Assembly (NCBI RefSeq): GCF_003704095.1
Contig: NW_020843606.1
Location: 124,001 to 188,000, forward strand
Length of the DNA stretch: 64,000 bases
DNA from: Pocillopora damicornis
Taxonomy: Eukaryota
Reading direction: 5' to 3'
The position numbers were made by a program, and so were the translations under genes. The notes below the pieces were generated by a model. The model had not been told where the DNA came from. It searched no databases and saw only the letters and a program-made list of their open reading frames with translations. The first letter of the stretch is position 1, and each line of letters opens with the position of its first letter. Positions 1 through 15,600 of this stretch are shown piece by piece.

Positions 1-220
1 TGTGTGTGTGTGTGTGCTGATGCGTGATATGAGAATCATAAAGAAAATACGATTAATGACAAGCAATCGCTGACACATCATGTCGTATAACTCAGGTGGG
101 AGTGATAATGACGACGATGATGATCGTGATTTTTTTTTAATAGTAGTGTGATATGAAAACGTTGCGTATAACTCAAGTAAAACTGCTTTTGATCTATAGT
201 TAAGTTAGAAATTTACTTAC

Positions 221-638
221 CTGACTCGCAGCGGTTTCCATAGTAACCAAGTGCACAGAAGCAGCGGAAGGTCTGATTAGTGTTTGCGCATCGTCCGCCA
301 TTTAAGCACGGCGAAGGAGTACACTTGTCGAGTTTTTTAACTAAAGGCAAAACAAAGTAAAGAACCTAACAGCTGAGGAATGCGAAAAGGCAAACATTTT
401 TTGTTTAGTCGTTATCGATGGCAGCTATCAGCCAATAAGCCGGACATTACATTTATTTTTTGAAGTAAAACGTCTATTTTTTGTCAATATTTTAAAAACG
501 ACTTTCACTCACCTGTCTCGCATTTGTCTCCAGTAAAACCAGCTAAGCATGTACAATTAAATTTATTGGTGAAACGTTCGCATTTTCCTCCATTCTGACA
601 TGGATTGCTTAGACAAGGGTCTGTATTGTTTTGTACAA
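221..638 (-). CDS. Gene B: two EGF exons (last visible)
   Basis: 513-638, 221-340. Confidence 0.85.
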
Positions 639-3600
639 CTGGAGAGAGAGAGAGTAAACAAATTGTGGAGAAAAGTCATACTGTTCCTATAAAAAAATGA
701 TAAAAACCTGACATGCTCAAATGCAAGAAATCTCTTCTGTAAGTTCCCTTACTGGAAAAGTGTAATCCACCTAATTATCTGTTCTATAAAAAGTCAAGGA
801 GAAAAGGAGAAAAAGTTATTCTGTGCCCAACAAATAGTGATAAAAACCTGACATGCTCAGATGCAAAAAAACGCTTCTGTAAGTTCCCCTTACCGGAAAA
901 GAGTAACCTCACCCACGTATTTATTCTAAAAATCCAATTACCTTTGCAAACAGTTTCCTGTAAAGTTCCAAAAATGTTACTAAGAGAATCAAACGTTGCT
1001 TTGTAGATATTCTCATTATCAGGTTCAGACGCCATATCTGCGAGCTCACTGTACACAGCATTACCAACACCAATTGAGATGATATGAACACCTTCATCGC
1101 GTAGACTTTTCGATGGAACTGACACTTTGTCTTGCGATTTACCGTCTGTTAAAATGATGAGAATTTTGGGAATTCCCTCTCTGGCCATGCTGAAGATATC
1201 TGTTCTTATTCGAGTCAAGGCGGCGCCCATATAAGTGCCACCTGCGTCATAAGGAATGCTCTGTACAGCATTGACCAACTCTTCCGTGGCGGAATATTCA
1301 GTAAAATTGAAATGAACTCTAAAACTGTTTTGCGAGGAGAAGGTGGCAAGTCCAATTCTGGTGTCGTTCTGTCCAATAGCTACAGACTTGACAAATCCTG
1401 CGATGAAATCTTTGATTCGTTGATAGTTATTTTTGTCTCCCTGGTTAATGCTAGCAGAGCTATCCACGAGGAAAGCAACATCAGCCTTGGTTTGATTGCA
1501 ACCTTAAAATACAAGCAAAATGAAAAGAAAGACGAACATAATCTTAAGTCATGATTTCAGCCTTGAGAGCAATCACGGATCTGTTACCGCCATTTGAAAC
1601 CCTCATTTCTAGAGAGTATTTCTATTAGCACCGTAGAACCAAAATTTAAATAATCACATTGGTTATAAAAAGAAAATCAATATCACAAAGGAAATTCTTG
1701 AAATTTCAGTTTCGAAAGCCGCAATGCGTAATACAGTTCTGTTAATGGACGAGTGCCTCCAAGCTACCGTGCGCTTGAGTAATCTCTTCCCATCTAAAGA
1801 ATAACCTTAGAATGAAAACGAATACATTACATATCACTTTTGTTTACTTACGCATGGTACAGTTATAACCATATCGGCTGTCACTACAAAGACAACTTGA
1901 TCCTCCAGGATAGTTATGACAAGCTTGGTTTTCATTGCATTTTGTCGCATTGGTAGAACACTCATCGACATCTACGGAAAATGCAAAAATAAAAAAAAAA
2001 TTTTAAAGAAGGCAACCAACAAACCGCCTGAAGCCCGAGAAAAGGGTGTAATATATATTTGCTATTCTCTAAGTCATAAGTGACTGACTGGTTGAGAAGG
2101 CGATGGGAGTTTTTTCTAGCACAACCACTAAGCAATTAAAAAAAATATAGCAATGTACGAATTCTTTTCAATACTCAGTTGAAACTGCACTGCTTAAGTA
2201 GTTGCACGTAGTGTCATCAAAGACAGGTGAATCTATTTGAAGGAACCTTTTACAAGTACTGTTAAATCCTGAATAAGAAATGTGTCAGGTACAAGTGAAA
2301 GAAAAGAAGCCATAAAACGTTTTTGTCTAACTCACCAATTGAGCAATTCTTTCCTGTCCAACTTGATGAACAATTACATTGAAAACCATCCCGTAAGCTG
2401 CTACAAGTTCCGTTATTCTCACACGGATTATTTCTGCAAACGTCTACAGCTGCAGTGTAATGGAACAAAAAAATGATGAAAATGCATACATAGGGAATAA
2501 AACGCCCATCTAATGCTGCGTTTTTACGCAGCACTTTACCTTGTATTGAAAAACAAAAAAAACATATTAAAAATATAGGCAAAACGTCTTCCATCGAACA
2601 TGCCACCAGTAGCCATTCATACGTTTACTTGGCAGCGGAATGCCTTAATCGACAGCAGCCTGAGTGAAATGATATTAACGAGCAAAGGGGGCTGCGTCAG
2701 AGGGGGTAACTTGCATAATCAACTCATTTGACAAAACCAAAATATACTGAACTTATGCTAGCTTCCATATCAAAGGTTCCTTGAGACAAAGGTCTTTTAA
2801 TTCGAAATATATCTATCTGCTTACCAGAACAAATCTTTTCACGAAGAGACTCCACAATTTTTGGTAGATCTGAAAATTTAGCTTCAAAAACGTGATCTTT
2901 ATCAGGATCCGTAGCCATCTCGTTTAGCTCAGGCTTGTAAAAACAGCAGCCAACACCGACAGTAATAATTGTCACTCCCATATCTCGGAGAGCACGAGAT
3001 GGACCAACTACACTGTCTTTAGACAATCCATCAGTCAAAACAACCACAATTTTAGGAACATCTTCTCTGGCAGCTCCTAAATTTTTTAATATCTCGTTGC
3101 GGATCACGTTTAAACCTTGCCCAGTACGTGTACCACCTGATGGAAAACCCATGCCTTGAATTGCGTTCTCTACTCCAACCAATGTTTTAAAGGTATCTAA
3201 GTGATGGATGATGCGATAGTGTTGCGAATACAGAACAGTGGCAACGTTGGTTTGGTCCGGACCAATTTCAAATTCTCGTACGAGAGCAATCAAAAAGTCT
3301 TTGGAACGTTGAAAGTTTCCCTTTCCTTGGAGTTCTATGCTACCAGATCCGTCGACCAAGAAGACCAAATTGAATCGTTGACTTGAACAAGCTAAAGCAA
3401 AAGAAAAGGTGACATAAATTTAAAGATTTATTTGAATGATACACTCAGCATCTTTTCCAAATTTATAGAAAAAGGCGTGGTAGCGGAAAAAAGTGACACT
3501 TTTTCAAACATACAGTTTGCCAGATCATTCATTGGAGAGAGGACACAAGAGGACGTAAACTTTATCCTTTCTTGGTTTAAAACATTCAACCAACCGTTCA

Positions 3601-6600
3601 ATCACTCAGTCAGAAGACTGCGAGAAGGTCCTCCCACTTAATGATTGCACGATCTTTTTTTTTTTTTTTCGAAAATAGCATTGACAACGCCTGACCTCTT
3701 GCAAACTTTTTCCCTGACTTCAGCGCCTTATCTCCAACCCTCCCGCGGACAGGGAAACGCGCATCATGCATCATTCTTAATGGGGGCCTGGTTGCAAGTT
3801 AGTCAGTCAGTCCGTGAGTAATAAGGTACATAAATGAAAAACTGGAAATATTCTAAGCTATTTCCAACGCATGAGACATGCAAAAAGCACTTACCAATTT
3901 CGCACCGCTTTCCAGAAAATTCCTCTGTACAATTGCATGTAAAAGCCCCCAGGAGATTCCGGCAAGTCCCGCCGTTTTTGCAGGGTGCTGAATCACATTC
4001 GTTTACGATATCTGCAATGCATGTGTCGCAAAAATAAAATACTCAAATACATAAGAACGTCCTATTAAGTTAATGAGAAAACTTCCTAAATTATCAGTGA
4101 ACTCTAGGTGTATGCTTTCAGAGAGGTAATGTTACGTTACCTCCATTGCTGCCTGATCGCTTTTGTAAGATACTGACAAGTTATCTATAGACAACGGCAC
4201 TCCACCTCAGACCACTAAGGTTTAATGCTGATTTGCGTCCCTCTTAATTTGTTGTTTGAGTGTTTCTTTGATTCTTTCTAGCCACTCTACTTTCATATGA
4301 TTCGTTACAATTAGACTTTTATGTTGTATCGTTTTGGAAGACATGTCATTGCTCTTGACCGATAGGCTTTCTGGCTACTAAGTTGACTTGATTTTTATCT
4401 GCAAGCTGTTAATCTCGAAGGTTAAAAACCAACGTAATACAGACCTTCCGTACAGTTCACACCTCCGATCCCTGCTGGACAAGTGCAATTGTGCACGTTG
4501 TAGCCGACAATTTGACATTTTCCTCCATTCTTGCAAGGGTTAGGCTCACACACAGAGGGGGCTGAAAAAAAAAGTGTTTTTTTGTTGATTCAAGTATCAG
4601 CGGTTTCAACTCAACATGTTTTATGACTGCAAAAAAATGAAAGAACCCCGAACGACGATTGGTGTTCATAGAGTTTACCAAAACTTAAATACCCAAATAT
4701 AAGGGCCAGCGTCGTGATAGATAGAAACGCTTTTCGCGGAAATGTTGCATTTAACCAGGCTGTTCTTTCTTAAATTAAATTTAAAGAGAGTCAAAACTTT
4801 ATTTTAAAATATGGATTTTATCTTGTTTTGAGGCTTTGTGAAGCTGAGAGTGGGCTTTTAAATGAAAGGACATGAGTCACTTACAGAGTCCATTATTCTC
4901 CTTAACCTGAAGTGAATGCCATCAATAAGAAAGGATATCCATGTGGTCTTTCATCTACAAAGTTCAGGTTATCAAGCAAGTATAATATCTATATTTTTCC
5001 TTTTACTCACGCGGAATACAGCGAAACCCTCCATCTTGTCCATAATTATTTTTACATTCGTGCGTAGGCGGACAGTCTGAGCTGGTGCATGGTTTCCAAG
5101 CTGACGATAAGAAGGAGAGAGAGACTGTCTTTTCGTATAATTTTGAGAAGCCTGTCTCAGAAAAACTTCCCTGTAACATACATGATCATGTTTCAACTCT
5201 TATGATTTAGTGAACACTTTTTTGTTTGGCAAGTTTTCTTTCTTGCAGTATGATCTATGATCCTCTTTATTGATGTTTACCCGTAATTCTTTAAGTAACC
5301 AATTAAAAATTTGGTGGCCGCAATTAAACTTACAAAGCGTGCAGAAGAAAGGTGTAGGAGAACAATTTCCTAATCCTGCCATGGGAACGCATTTTTGGCG
5401 ACTGAAGGCAACAACAAGTTCTAACACAAAGCATAGGTTCACACATCCTCATTAATGCGTCTTTAAACTTCCTCAACCTTAACTTTGTTCCTCATCACGG
5501 CCAAAATAATAATTAGTTTGTCCCTAGAAATCAACGAATTTTTTTTAATATTAACTATCACTGTTCCCCTCTGTTCAAGAGTTGCCTCTTTAGCACTCTC
5601 ATTTTGCAAAATCTTATTTGAAGGTTTAATTACAATAACCACTAATTTACATGACCCCCTCCTATTCCCCTCAACAATCAAAACAAGTGAAGGATTACCC
5701 TTGCCACGTGTCATAAGTACCTTTGCAAACCGCGTCTCTTGTTCTACTAACGAAATGCTTCAAATTTGAAACGTCCGTCGCCAAAATGTGGTCCGTAGAT
5801 GGCTTTGACACCAACAAGTTCAACTCTGCTAGATTATAATTGTTATCCAAGGGTACAGCTACAACAGTAACACCTCTTTGTTTCAATTCTGCCGCATATG
5901 GCGCTTCATCATCATTTGATTTCCCCATTATCATCACAACTACGACTGCTGGTTTTGAGTGGTTATAAATTTCTTCAATCACTTGAGCTTTCTGTAATGC
6001 TACACCCAAGTTCTTCATGTAACCCATGGAATAATTCGCGCTGCGTAAAGTTTCAGAAAATTCGGTTAAGTTCGATGCTTGCCCAGGTCTGATGACAATA
6101 TCAGCATCAGTTGCATAGGAAATGACTGCAACGTCTACGATAGAAATGGAAGATGCCACCGAGATGATTAACTCGATTTGATGCTTTATGTTGTCTTGTC
6201 CTACATTTTTTCCTCTGTCCAAAAGAAACAGTACTGTGGAGCCATTGTTGCTGCAATCTGAACAGCAAAATTCAATCAGAAAGTTAATTATTCTTTAAGG
6301 TATGGTTATAGTATTTCAGTTGGTCATTGTGTACGTCTGCATATTTTAATGTGTTTCTTTTTCTGTATACGTCGTTATGTCTACTTCTTGGTCAATGAAA
6401 TTATCAGCGTCTCAGCAGACCAATAGATCATTTTTGTGTCGACTAGCTAGATTCAGAAATCTAGTCTTCTGTCCAGTTTCTATTTTTCTCATGTTTTATT
6501 TGTTTGTTTCATTTTTTAAATTTTTTTTTTTTCTGTTTGTTTGGCTGTTTACAAAATAATTCATTATGTTTTCACTCTCAGGTAGGTTGTTTCTGCAATA

Positions 6601-9600
6601 AAGATAGTCCGCGTAGACCACACAGGTGAATAGTGCTTTTCGCACGTGCTGATTGGCTGGTCAGTAAGTGATTAGGAATTACTATTCACCTACGAAGACA
6701 CAAAATCGCGCGTCATCAATTCAATTTCCGACCAATTTTTGCAGGAATAAACCAAGTTATATTTTATTGTGTGGTTTATGCTAAAGTAATTATTCTCCTA
6801 AGTGTTGGTGAAAGTGGTGGATATTTGGCCCGGTAATTCTCCACTACTATTGACCTCCTCTTAGGTGAACAATCATAATTATAAAGTTCCTTGAAATCAC
6901 TCACCTCTGGTGCAATTCTCACCGTACAGAGAACTATTAGCGCATGTACATTCAAACCCACCAAAGGTCTCAGTGCAACGTTTTCCAAAAGTGCAGTTGG
7001 AACTTACGTTTGAGCATTCTTTTACATCTGATAGCATAAAATTGAAAAAAAAGTCTCACATTCTAGTGGTGTAAAAAGAGACAATTTGGTAACGGAAACA
7101 ACAATACATTTGGATCAAAAGCCATTGTCACAACTCCTAGGGGCGTATGAAACATCTGAATTAACCGTTTGTTTTCCTAAGGGACCAAGTGCGAGATATT
7201 TTTCAATAGTGCAACGAAGTTTGATACTGTTGTTATTTGATATGCACCAGTAAAAGCAAAAGTATAATGGTATCAAACAGATCTGTGGCGTCATTTTATG
7301 GAAGCATGCTTGCACATCACTTTAATCGTCCTACCTTCAGAACATTCTGCTCCTTGGAAACCTTGCGCGCACGTACAATTCAAACCATTATTTTGGCAAA
7401 CACCACCAAACCTACAGGGATTATCCGCACATTTATCCAAATCTGCGGATGAAATAACAGAGGAAAATGGTCATAGGAAGCCCCAATAATCTCATATTAA
7501 AACAAACATTATGAAAAAGATAAATACCCTGACAGATCTTTCCTCTAAGTCTGATAAAAGTTTCCGAAAGTGAGTTAAATTCAGTTTTGAAAACCCGATT
7601 CGTGGCATTAACAGCTATCTGCTCGAGCTGGGAAACATCATAGTTTGAACCAATTCCAACAACATAAGGGACCACGTTAATGTTCTTGAGTAGCGCGGCT
7701 GGCTGAGTGACGTCATCCGTGGAAACACCATCTGTAACTACGACCAGGATTTTGGAAACATTGCTTGATCGTACCGAGTTTGGGCCAAACAAATCTTCTG
7801 CAGCCTTTGTTAAGGCTTTTCCAGTATATGTGCCGCCAGCAGGATACGTTATGTTATCAATCGCCTGTTCAACGTCTGACTGAGTTGTGTAACTGTCCAG
7901 TTTAAACACTGCTGTGGCATTTGTGGAGAAAACGATAACTCCAACACGTGTTAAACCACTTGACACATTGAATGTTCGTATAAAGGTTTTTATAGAATCT
8001 TTAATAATCTGAAAGTTGTCCTTTCCGTAGAACTGCACGCTAGCAGAGCCATCAATTAGAATCCCCAGATCAACTTTGTTGACCTTGCAATCTGAAAATC
8101 AAAGTAATACTCATTATCACAAACTAATTACTGGCGCTAGCTTCATGTTTCTATTCGTGAAAATCCTCAAACATTAGGCGACGTATGCAGGATTTTTTTT
8201 AGGTTAATGCACATAGCTTAAATAAAAATGTGTGCAATTTTTTTTTCATTTACATATTCCTAAATTATCCAACATTTTGGAAAGCGTAAGGAGCCCGAAT
8301 ATATTTACCTAAATGACAGTTCTTGCCACTGTTTCCATGGTTACAATCACATCGATAATCGCCATTTCTGTTGATACATTTCCCACCGTTCTGACAGGGA
8401 ATGTTGAAACACTCGTCTACATCTGAGAGAAAAACACACAGAATAAAATTTGTGGAAATTATGTATGTTGCGGTCTCTAATACATCGGTCTCAAAAGAAA
8501 ACATATGATCCCTAGGACACCAGATGAGCCCTTGTAAGGAAAATGGATGGACATGTGGTTATCACTTACCATCTTCACAATGATTTCCTGTATATTTCTC
8601 TGTACAAATACACTTGTATGACCATTTTATTAAGTTCTCCACGCATTTACCACCGTTTTGACAAGCCATTGGGTGACAAGGGCTGGTGGCTGCAACAACA
8701 AAACGCCATTTTAGATATCAATTCTGCTTCCAGCGAACTTATTATTATCATAATTATTATCATTATTTTATACTGCCTACATTTTTATAGCAGAAGGTTT
8801 GGGTCTTACAAATAAAGACTTTGCAGCAGAATTGATCAATCAGTTCCCGCGAACCAGACTGAAAAACAGCTCCTCACTTAACTCAGGTGATGATCTCTTC
8901 TCGTTTGCTTATATACCTATCGCTTTCACGGACAACAGTTCTTTTAAAGATTATTGGCATCGGAAGATCAGACTATACGATCGACTGTTGATCTTTTTGA
9001 GGGATAATAGGAGTCTTTATGCTAACCCTATGTAATTTCGTTGTCGATGATACACCATAAGAATAAAATTTCTTTCGAAGCCGAAATTAATAAATATTTA
9101 ACCACGCTTAGTTTTTATCTTTCTACTGACATCATTGACAACCATATGGAAAGCTATCTATCATATGGAAAAGCAAACTTTTTCAAAATATTTTTGTTAC
9201 TTCTTCAAAAAATATCCAGTAATGTTTCAAAGTTGCGAGTACCTTTGCAATTGTCCCAAAGCTTGTCTTTGTCGTAATTGTCGGTAGTTGCGCACCATGG
9301 TTGGTTGTGATTGTTTTTAATGCAAGAATATTTCATTTGGCCTTCATAGATGAAAGGAAACACACAGCATTTGCCTCTTGTCGTCTTGTGCGTGCATCCT
9401 GCATTGACAAATAAAAGTAATACCACGATCATTTTAGGTCATACTTGAGATGATTCTAGTTTATTACAGAGAACGTCAAGCATTCTGGGTCAGCTTTAGC
9501 TGTAGAAATATGTCTGTTCTGAAAACAGCACAGCACTTGCCACTCCAGTAATTTTTTGTTTCATAAAGAGATTATACCCGATTATGCCGTCGGACTCGCT

Positions 9601-12600
9601 TTGTGGATAAACAATTCTCACCAGTCATCTCTTCTAAATCAATCTTTAATAAATGAAAAATATGGCTTGACTACTTAACTTAATTTAAACTTTATTTTGT
9701 CTTGATGAAATAATGGCCGGAAGGAGAACTACCACCGAAGTAACCACTGAGGGCTTCACGCTTAGTAAGAAATATTTTTATGCTCTGGATTAAAAATTGA
9801 TTATATTTTATTATTTTCACCTTCAGTAACTTTCTCTCCATCAACTGTGGTTGTAACGCAGCCAGTCATTTCTGTCCTGACACAGTAACCATCATTCGTA
9901 CCAAATGTGGCATACTTGGGCTGCACACTGACTGACTGAACCAGTCGGGGAACTGAGAATTTCCTCGGACGTACACTGTTCCCTCTCAGGTCCTCGTTGG
10001 TTTGTTTGAACAGCTAGAAAGGAAAGATGTTTTTTTCTGTTGATGTGGTCGAAGCGAGAGAACTGATATAATATGAGATTGCAAATCACTTACGGCATGA
10101 AAAGCGAGATTGCTAATGGCCTAGTGAGCGCTTTGACGAAGGTGAGGAGGTGGGAGGGGTAGGGGAAAATACATTAAACAAGGTCATTTTCGCCCCTCCC
10201 TAGGGTCCAACTACTCACTAGACATTCTTGTTGATATTGAGTTAATTCCTTCAAATCCGATCCGTTGAGGCCGTAGCGAAGGCAAAACTTGTATGGCCAT
10301 TCGCTTGCATCTTTTGCTCCTTGCACTATGACTTTGGAAATATTGAATGGCTGCCCTGTAAGAAAAAATCACTATCAATACATTTTCGTCGACAAATTTT
10401 TAGCGACCACTACTTTTGAGTAATAAGTATTCACATGCGCATGTATTCCCTCGATTGCCAAAACGTGACACATAAACAGTGAGACTGGGTTGCCTAACGG
10501 GTATAAATGTACATAATTGCCGGAATCAAGCACAGTTAAGCACAGATTATGTTAATACATAACAAACATCGACCAAAGAGGCCGTTAAATTACAACGTTT
10601 TCGCCATCGAGTATAGATGAAGAAATTAAAATACTAACCGAGATCCATTTGAAAGAAATGATGATGAAACGGCAATGCAACGGATTGATTAGGACACCAA
10701 GCCACAGGTTCGTCGATCAATGGAGGACAAGAGAATCCTGAGCGAACATTTGAATGATTGCACATGATGAGGTTACCTGCCTCCCTTAAAACTGAAACTT
10801 TGGTTGCTGTGATACAAAGGATGAAATGAAATATTCACTTTTAGAAAAATTTTTTATACCGATTGTGTGGCAAAATGGAACATTGATAAGTCATACAGAA
10901 AATTTGGTGATCTGCTAAAATTTTTTTAAAATATTAATAGTTAGCTTGGTTTTTTATATCCTTTAACATTTTTTTAACATCGTTTCTACTTTCATATATA
11001 AAGTCAAACAAAGAAACAGTAAACCAAGAACGTAAATCAAACTCAATTCACAGATTTAAAGAATCTTGTCCACGCCAATTCATGGAATTTTTCCCGGTGC
11101 CAAAGAATTTTTTAAAGGCAAAAGGCATTTCAATTAGTTTAGAAGATCAAATATTCAGATTGTGACGTAGCTACGTACTTTTAAACATTTAACACAAAAA
11201 TCTGAGATGATATAAATTATGCCATACATGTGTTGTATTTTCGAAACACGTCTACTCTCAGGCACAACCCATCACCCTTGAATAGTCTCCAAGGACTAAA
11301 ACTCAAATATTGGGCTTCTAGTGACCCAGGACTCGGTGTGACTTCTGTTTTAGCGTTTGAACTGGCAGTGGAGAGGCTAATCTATAAAGGAAATGGTAAC
11401 ATCAATGCCAAAGCAGTATCAATTTTGCCAAAACTTGTAATTCTTAAGTTGGTCACCGAACTCGTTAGTTTGTTGTTTGTTGGCGATCAATCGATTGATA
11501 ACTAATAAATGATTAAATAACTTATAATCTGTCTAGCTAACTGATGGGTTACGTTAGATGCACTACCTTCATCATTAAATGCATTTCTTACCAGACAAAT
11601 AGATTCGTTTCGAATGATCTCTTGTTCTTGACCGCCATTAACAATGGAACCAAAGCAGTAGTTGTCAGGATAGTCCACAGAATCTTTTTTACCTTGTAAG
11701 GTCACTTTATTCAAATAAGTCTCTCGCCCTTGAAAACAATGTTTCAGCATAAGAGAAAATTAAGATCTCTAACATATACTATAACCTACGCTATTAAGAC
11801 TGTCCAAATCGTTTTAACTCGGCTATTTACAGAGGGCGTCTGTAGCCTAATTGCTTAACTCGTCTCAACCGAATCCAGTGAGCATCAATTTAGAGGACTT
11901 GAGTCAAGGACCACCGGCGTGCCTGGGAGAATGAAATCATCCGAGTCTTCCTAAGAAATCGAACTTACGGTTTTTGCATTTTCCACGGCTATACTCTACC
12001 CCAAGTCGAACTCAGTAGCGAGCTCGGTATTACCCTTAAAAATCTACATTTATTTTAAGAAACTTACCCAGATCAACCTTAAGTTTCCGGACTGGGTCGT
12101 CTTCCTTTGGACACCAAGAGTAGTCGCCATTTAAAAGAGGAACTCGCCAGGACGAGTTGTAGGATGATCCTTGGATTGTTGAGCTCGATAAATGAATAAG
12201 GTCATCTTTGAGTAGGTCACCACACTTAGCTAGCCAAAGAGAAGCAAGATCAGCGTTATTGAAATTGGCTGAAACTTATCCTTGGTAATGTTTGATCAAA
12301 GCGACAACGTTTGCGTTGCTTCAAAAGCTAGGTGGCTCTGCATCTACAGAATAGGTGAACTCTAATTTGTTAATTGTTAATCAGGAAATAGAAAGTGGAG
12401 GTCACCAAAGCTTGTTTTTAGTTGCAGGCATAGAAATCCAAATTGAACATTGTTTTAACGGCTAATGCGTTGCTTTTCCGGCATGTTAACATATTATATC
12501 AAATATTGATCATCCCTTGACAAGGAAAAATTGCCTTTTCCTCAAAACCCTATCCATCAATTACAGAATACACGTTGAAAAATATGAACACCCTTTGGAG

Positions 12601-15600
12601 CCATGTAATAAAGCAGATGAGTGATTAGGGTGAAGACCTCGAATTCAGTTTTTATGATCTCACCTCCCACGAGGTACACTTCGTCTTCATTTCCTGGATC
12701 GCAACCTTCCAAATCCGTAAAATCGATGAGGTGTGCATCTGGACCAGAGTGGCAAGCTTTTAAGTTGTGCATAACGAACAATTTATAGCTTTTCTTAGCA
12801 GTCTCTAAAGCACATTTCCTGACCGCATTTCCTCTGGTCTCAAAATCGCCATCAAGGTATGTTGCATTGTCTGACTCTAGGGATGGAATGGTCTGAGAGG
12901 CGTTCTTGAAGCAACCCAGTAGCAGATGTTCCACAGATATACCTTTGGAAAAGTAAAAAAGAAAATAGACATTAGAATTGAATATGAAAAAAAATAATAA
13001 GTTCCTTAGATAAGGCGATGAATGGTATATTTACGCAATGATGTTAGAAAAATCTCAGCATCGTTAGTGGTCCCTGACAATTTTCGGACTCCTGCTAAAT
13101 TCTACACCCAAGTGAAGCGAGGCGCTGAGAAAGTGCCCAGGCCTCCGTGTCCCCACCTTGCTTAGGAATACAACCGTAAACGCTGCGAAAAACTCTGGCT
13201 AGGGTTTGAAACGGATCTCTTAATAATCTCAAAACAGAAAGTAATGAAAAAGTCTCCTAGTTTTACTTACTCATCTCACAGGTGTCTCCTTGAAATTCTG
13301 GTGGACAAGTGCATTTGTAACCACCAGTAAAGCTAGTACAATTCCCATTGTTACTACATGGAGAGCTGACACATTTGTCGACAACTGTGGAATAAATTTA
13401 AGTACCACAGTCATCTCAAATCACACTTAAAACATGTGAGAAGGATTTTCCTTTGGTAATCTTTGATCTTACAACAGGAACTTGACAAATAATGAAACTC
13501 GGATCCGACCAATGTGTTCACACCCTTTATGAAGAAGCGGCACTATAAACAGTGTTAATTTTTTTTTTTGATAATTTAAAATTGATATCAATATTTCATA
13601 TAAATGTGACGTCATATCTAAACAGTCACGAGATTAGCACAAATAAAGACGTTTTACGATCATGTACCACTACATCTGTAATATTTTGGGGCTTACAAAA
13701 AAAGCTAAGGACAAAAATACAAATGGATAAAATGGTTCCTTAAAAAAAAAAAACTTGCCTTCACATATTCTCCTAGCCAAAGTGAGGTTAAAATTCTCTG
13801 ATAGCTCCCTCGTATTTGTAGCCTGCAACAAGTGGTGTTCTTTGGGATTTGAAGCGATCTCGCTTAATTGACCCAGAGACACCTGGCTGCCAATTGCCAC
13901 AGAAAACAAAGTTACGTTGGAGTTTTTTAAGTTAATTGTTGGAATAGCGATGTCGTCATCAGACTTCTGGGAAGTGATAACGACAACGATAGTAGCAACA
14001 TCCATTCGCGAGTAATTGCCATATAGCCAATCTTTGACTGATTCCAGTAATTTACCCAAAGACACTTGCGAACTGTTTGGAAAATGCGGCGCTGTGGCAT
14101 TTTTCAGGTCTTCTTTCGTTTTATAGACCCTCGTCTCATTTCCAGCCAGTGTGATGATCCATGTTTTATTGGTTGCCAAGTCAAAGTTGCTCGATAAATT
14201 AAAGATAAAGCTGAAGATATTTTGGAAGTTCGCCTCGCTCAGCGTGTAGGATCCTTCCACAGAAAATACGACATTCATTTCTGTGGAACAAATGGCTGAA
14301 AAAAGATAAATAAATAAATAAAAGAGGATGAGAGGAAAAGTCCCGAATGAATTGAATGCCTTATCGATTCGGGCGTACGGATTTTTAAACTAAGCAAGAA
14401 CAAGTCGTCTCCCTAACCTCCTCTCACCTCTCCCCACTCCTCCCCCCTCCAACTCTTTATTAAGTGACGAAGGGTGATATTGATGATTCAAATTGAGGAG
14501 CATGAGCAAAATGAAGAGGGGTTGCCGCGAATTAAAACGACCAGTGTCCTTCTTTTAAAATAAACCTACGACTTTAAATCTATTATAATCATGTGCTCTT
14601 CAAAGTTGAATATATCTCAATTTATGTTGGAAACCACCAGGTTGTTAAAGTGACTTCGAAAACCACAGAGTATTTACGTCACAGTTGTTATATTCAGATA
14701 GTTGTTATTCAGATATGACGGCACTCTTCCAGCTCTGCTGATTACAATCTTGTTCGAAGGGTCTGTCGATGAAGCGAGACGCTGAAAACAAGATTTTGTC
14801 GATGAAAGCGGCAGCACCTCTCTCAAATAATGGATAGGACACAGACTTTAAAACTTCTCATTAAATCACCGTGGAACGTGAGCAGGTTTTTTTTTATATA
14901 TTCCGGCCCCCTTAGTTTCCTCTGCACGTAGCTTTTACGCCACTCCCGATGAAAAGCCATTCGATAAGTTTTAGTTCTGGTTCAGTTGATTAAAGTAGTT
15001 AGTTATTCGTATTGCAATGAAAAACGCTTTACGCCCGTTTCGCTAATCGTCGAGTTCGCTATATGTTCGTTACTAACATGCCGAATTCGCCGCCTCTGTT
15101 AATTCACAGGTTTAATTTCTCTTTTAACCATAAACCACGAGCAATATCTGTAATTTATACTCCCAACTTCGTGACTGCCGTCTTTAGGAGTCAGTTAAAC
15201 TGATCATATGCAAATTACCTTCCAGTTTGCTTTTAACCGCCTCGTTGATTTTTGTGATTGTTGCGAGGTTACGTTTCACAAGTAAACATGATTGTAGGGT
15301 GGAACGTATTGATGAAGTCAACAAAATTGTAAGCTTCTTTCATAGAAATGTCCCATAGTAAAAAGATGTCATCAAGAAATCTAGATTAGAGGGACTAGCC
15401 ATTAACAGTCGTTTTTCTAGGTCTCACTCCATTGTGAGCGATGCACGTGCTCGACAAGTAGCGAAACTTAACTTTCAGTTAGTTAACCTTGAAGTTCTGT
15501 AACGTCACATTTATCCGGAAATTAGTCAAATTTTTTTGGCTGTGCGTAGTACTAATTCAAATCAAGTTTAAAGTGAAAATAACTGGGTTATTACGTGTTT

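Noticed and set aside
4880-5714. Short overlapping ORFs in a gene B intron
   Set aside because: No domain similarity, no phase-compatible splice sites, no counterpart in gene A
8860-9005. Possible decayed Penelope terminal repeat/hammerhead
   Set aside because: The core CUGANGA/GAAA is not recoverable; too degenerate to call
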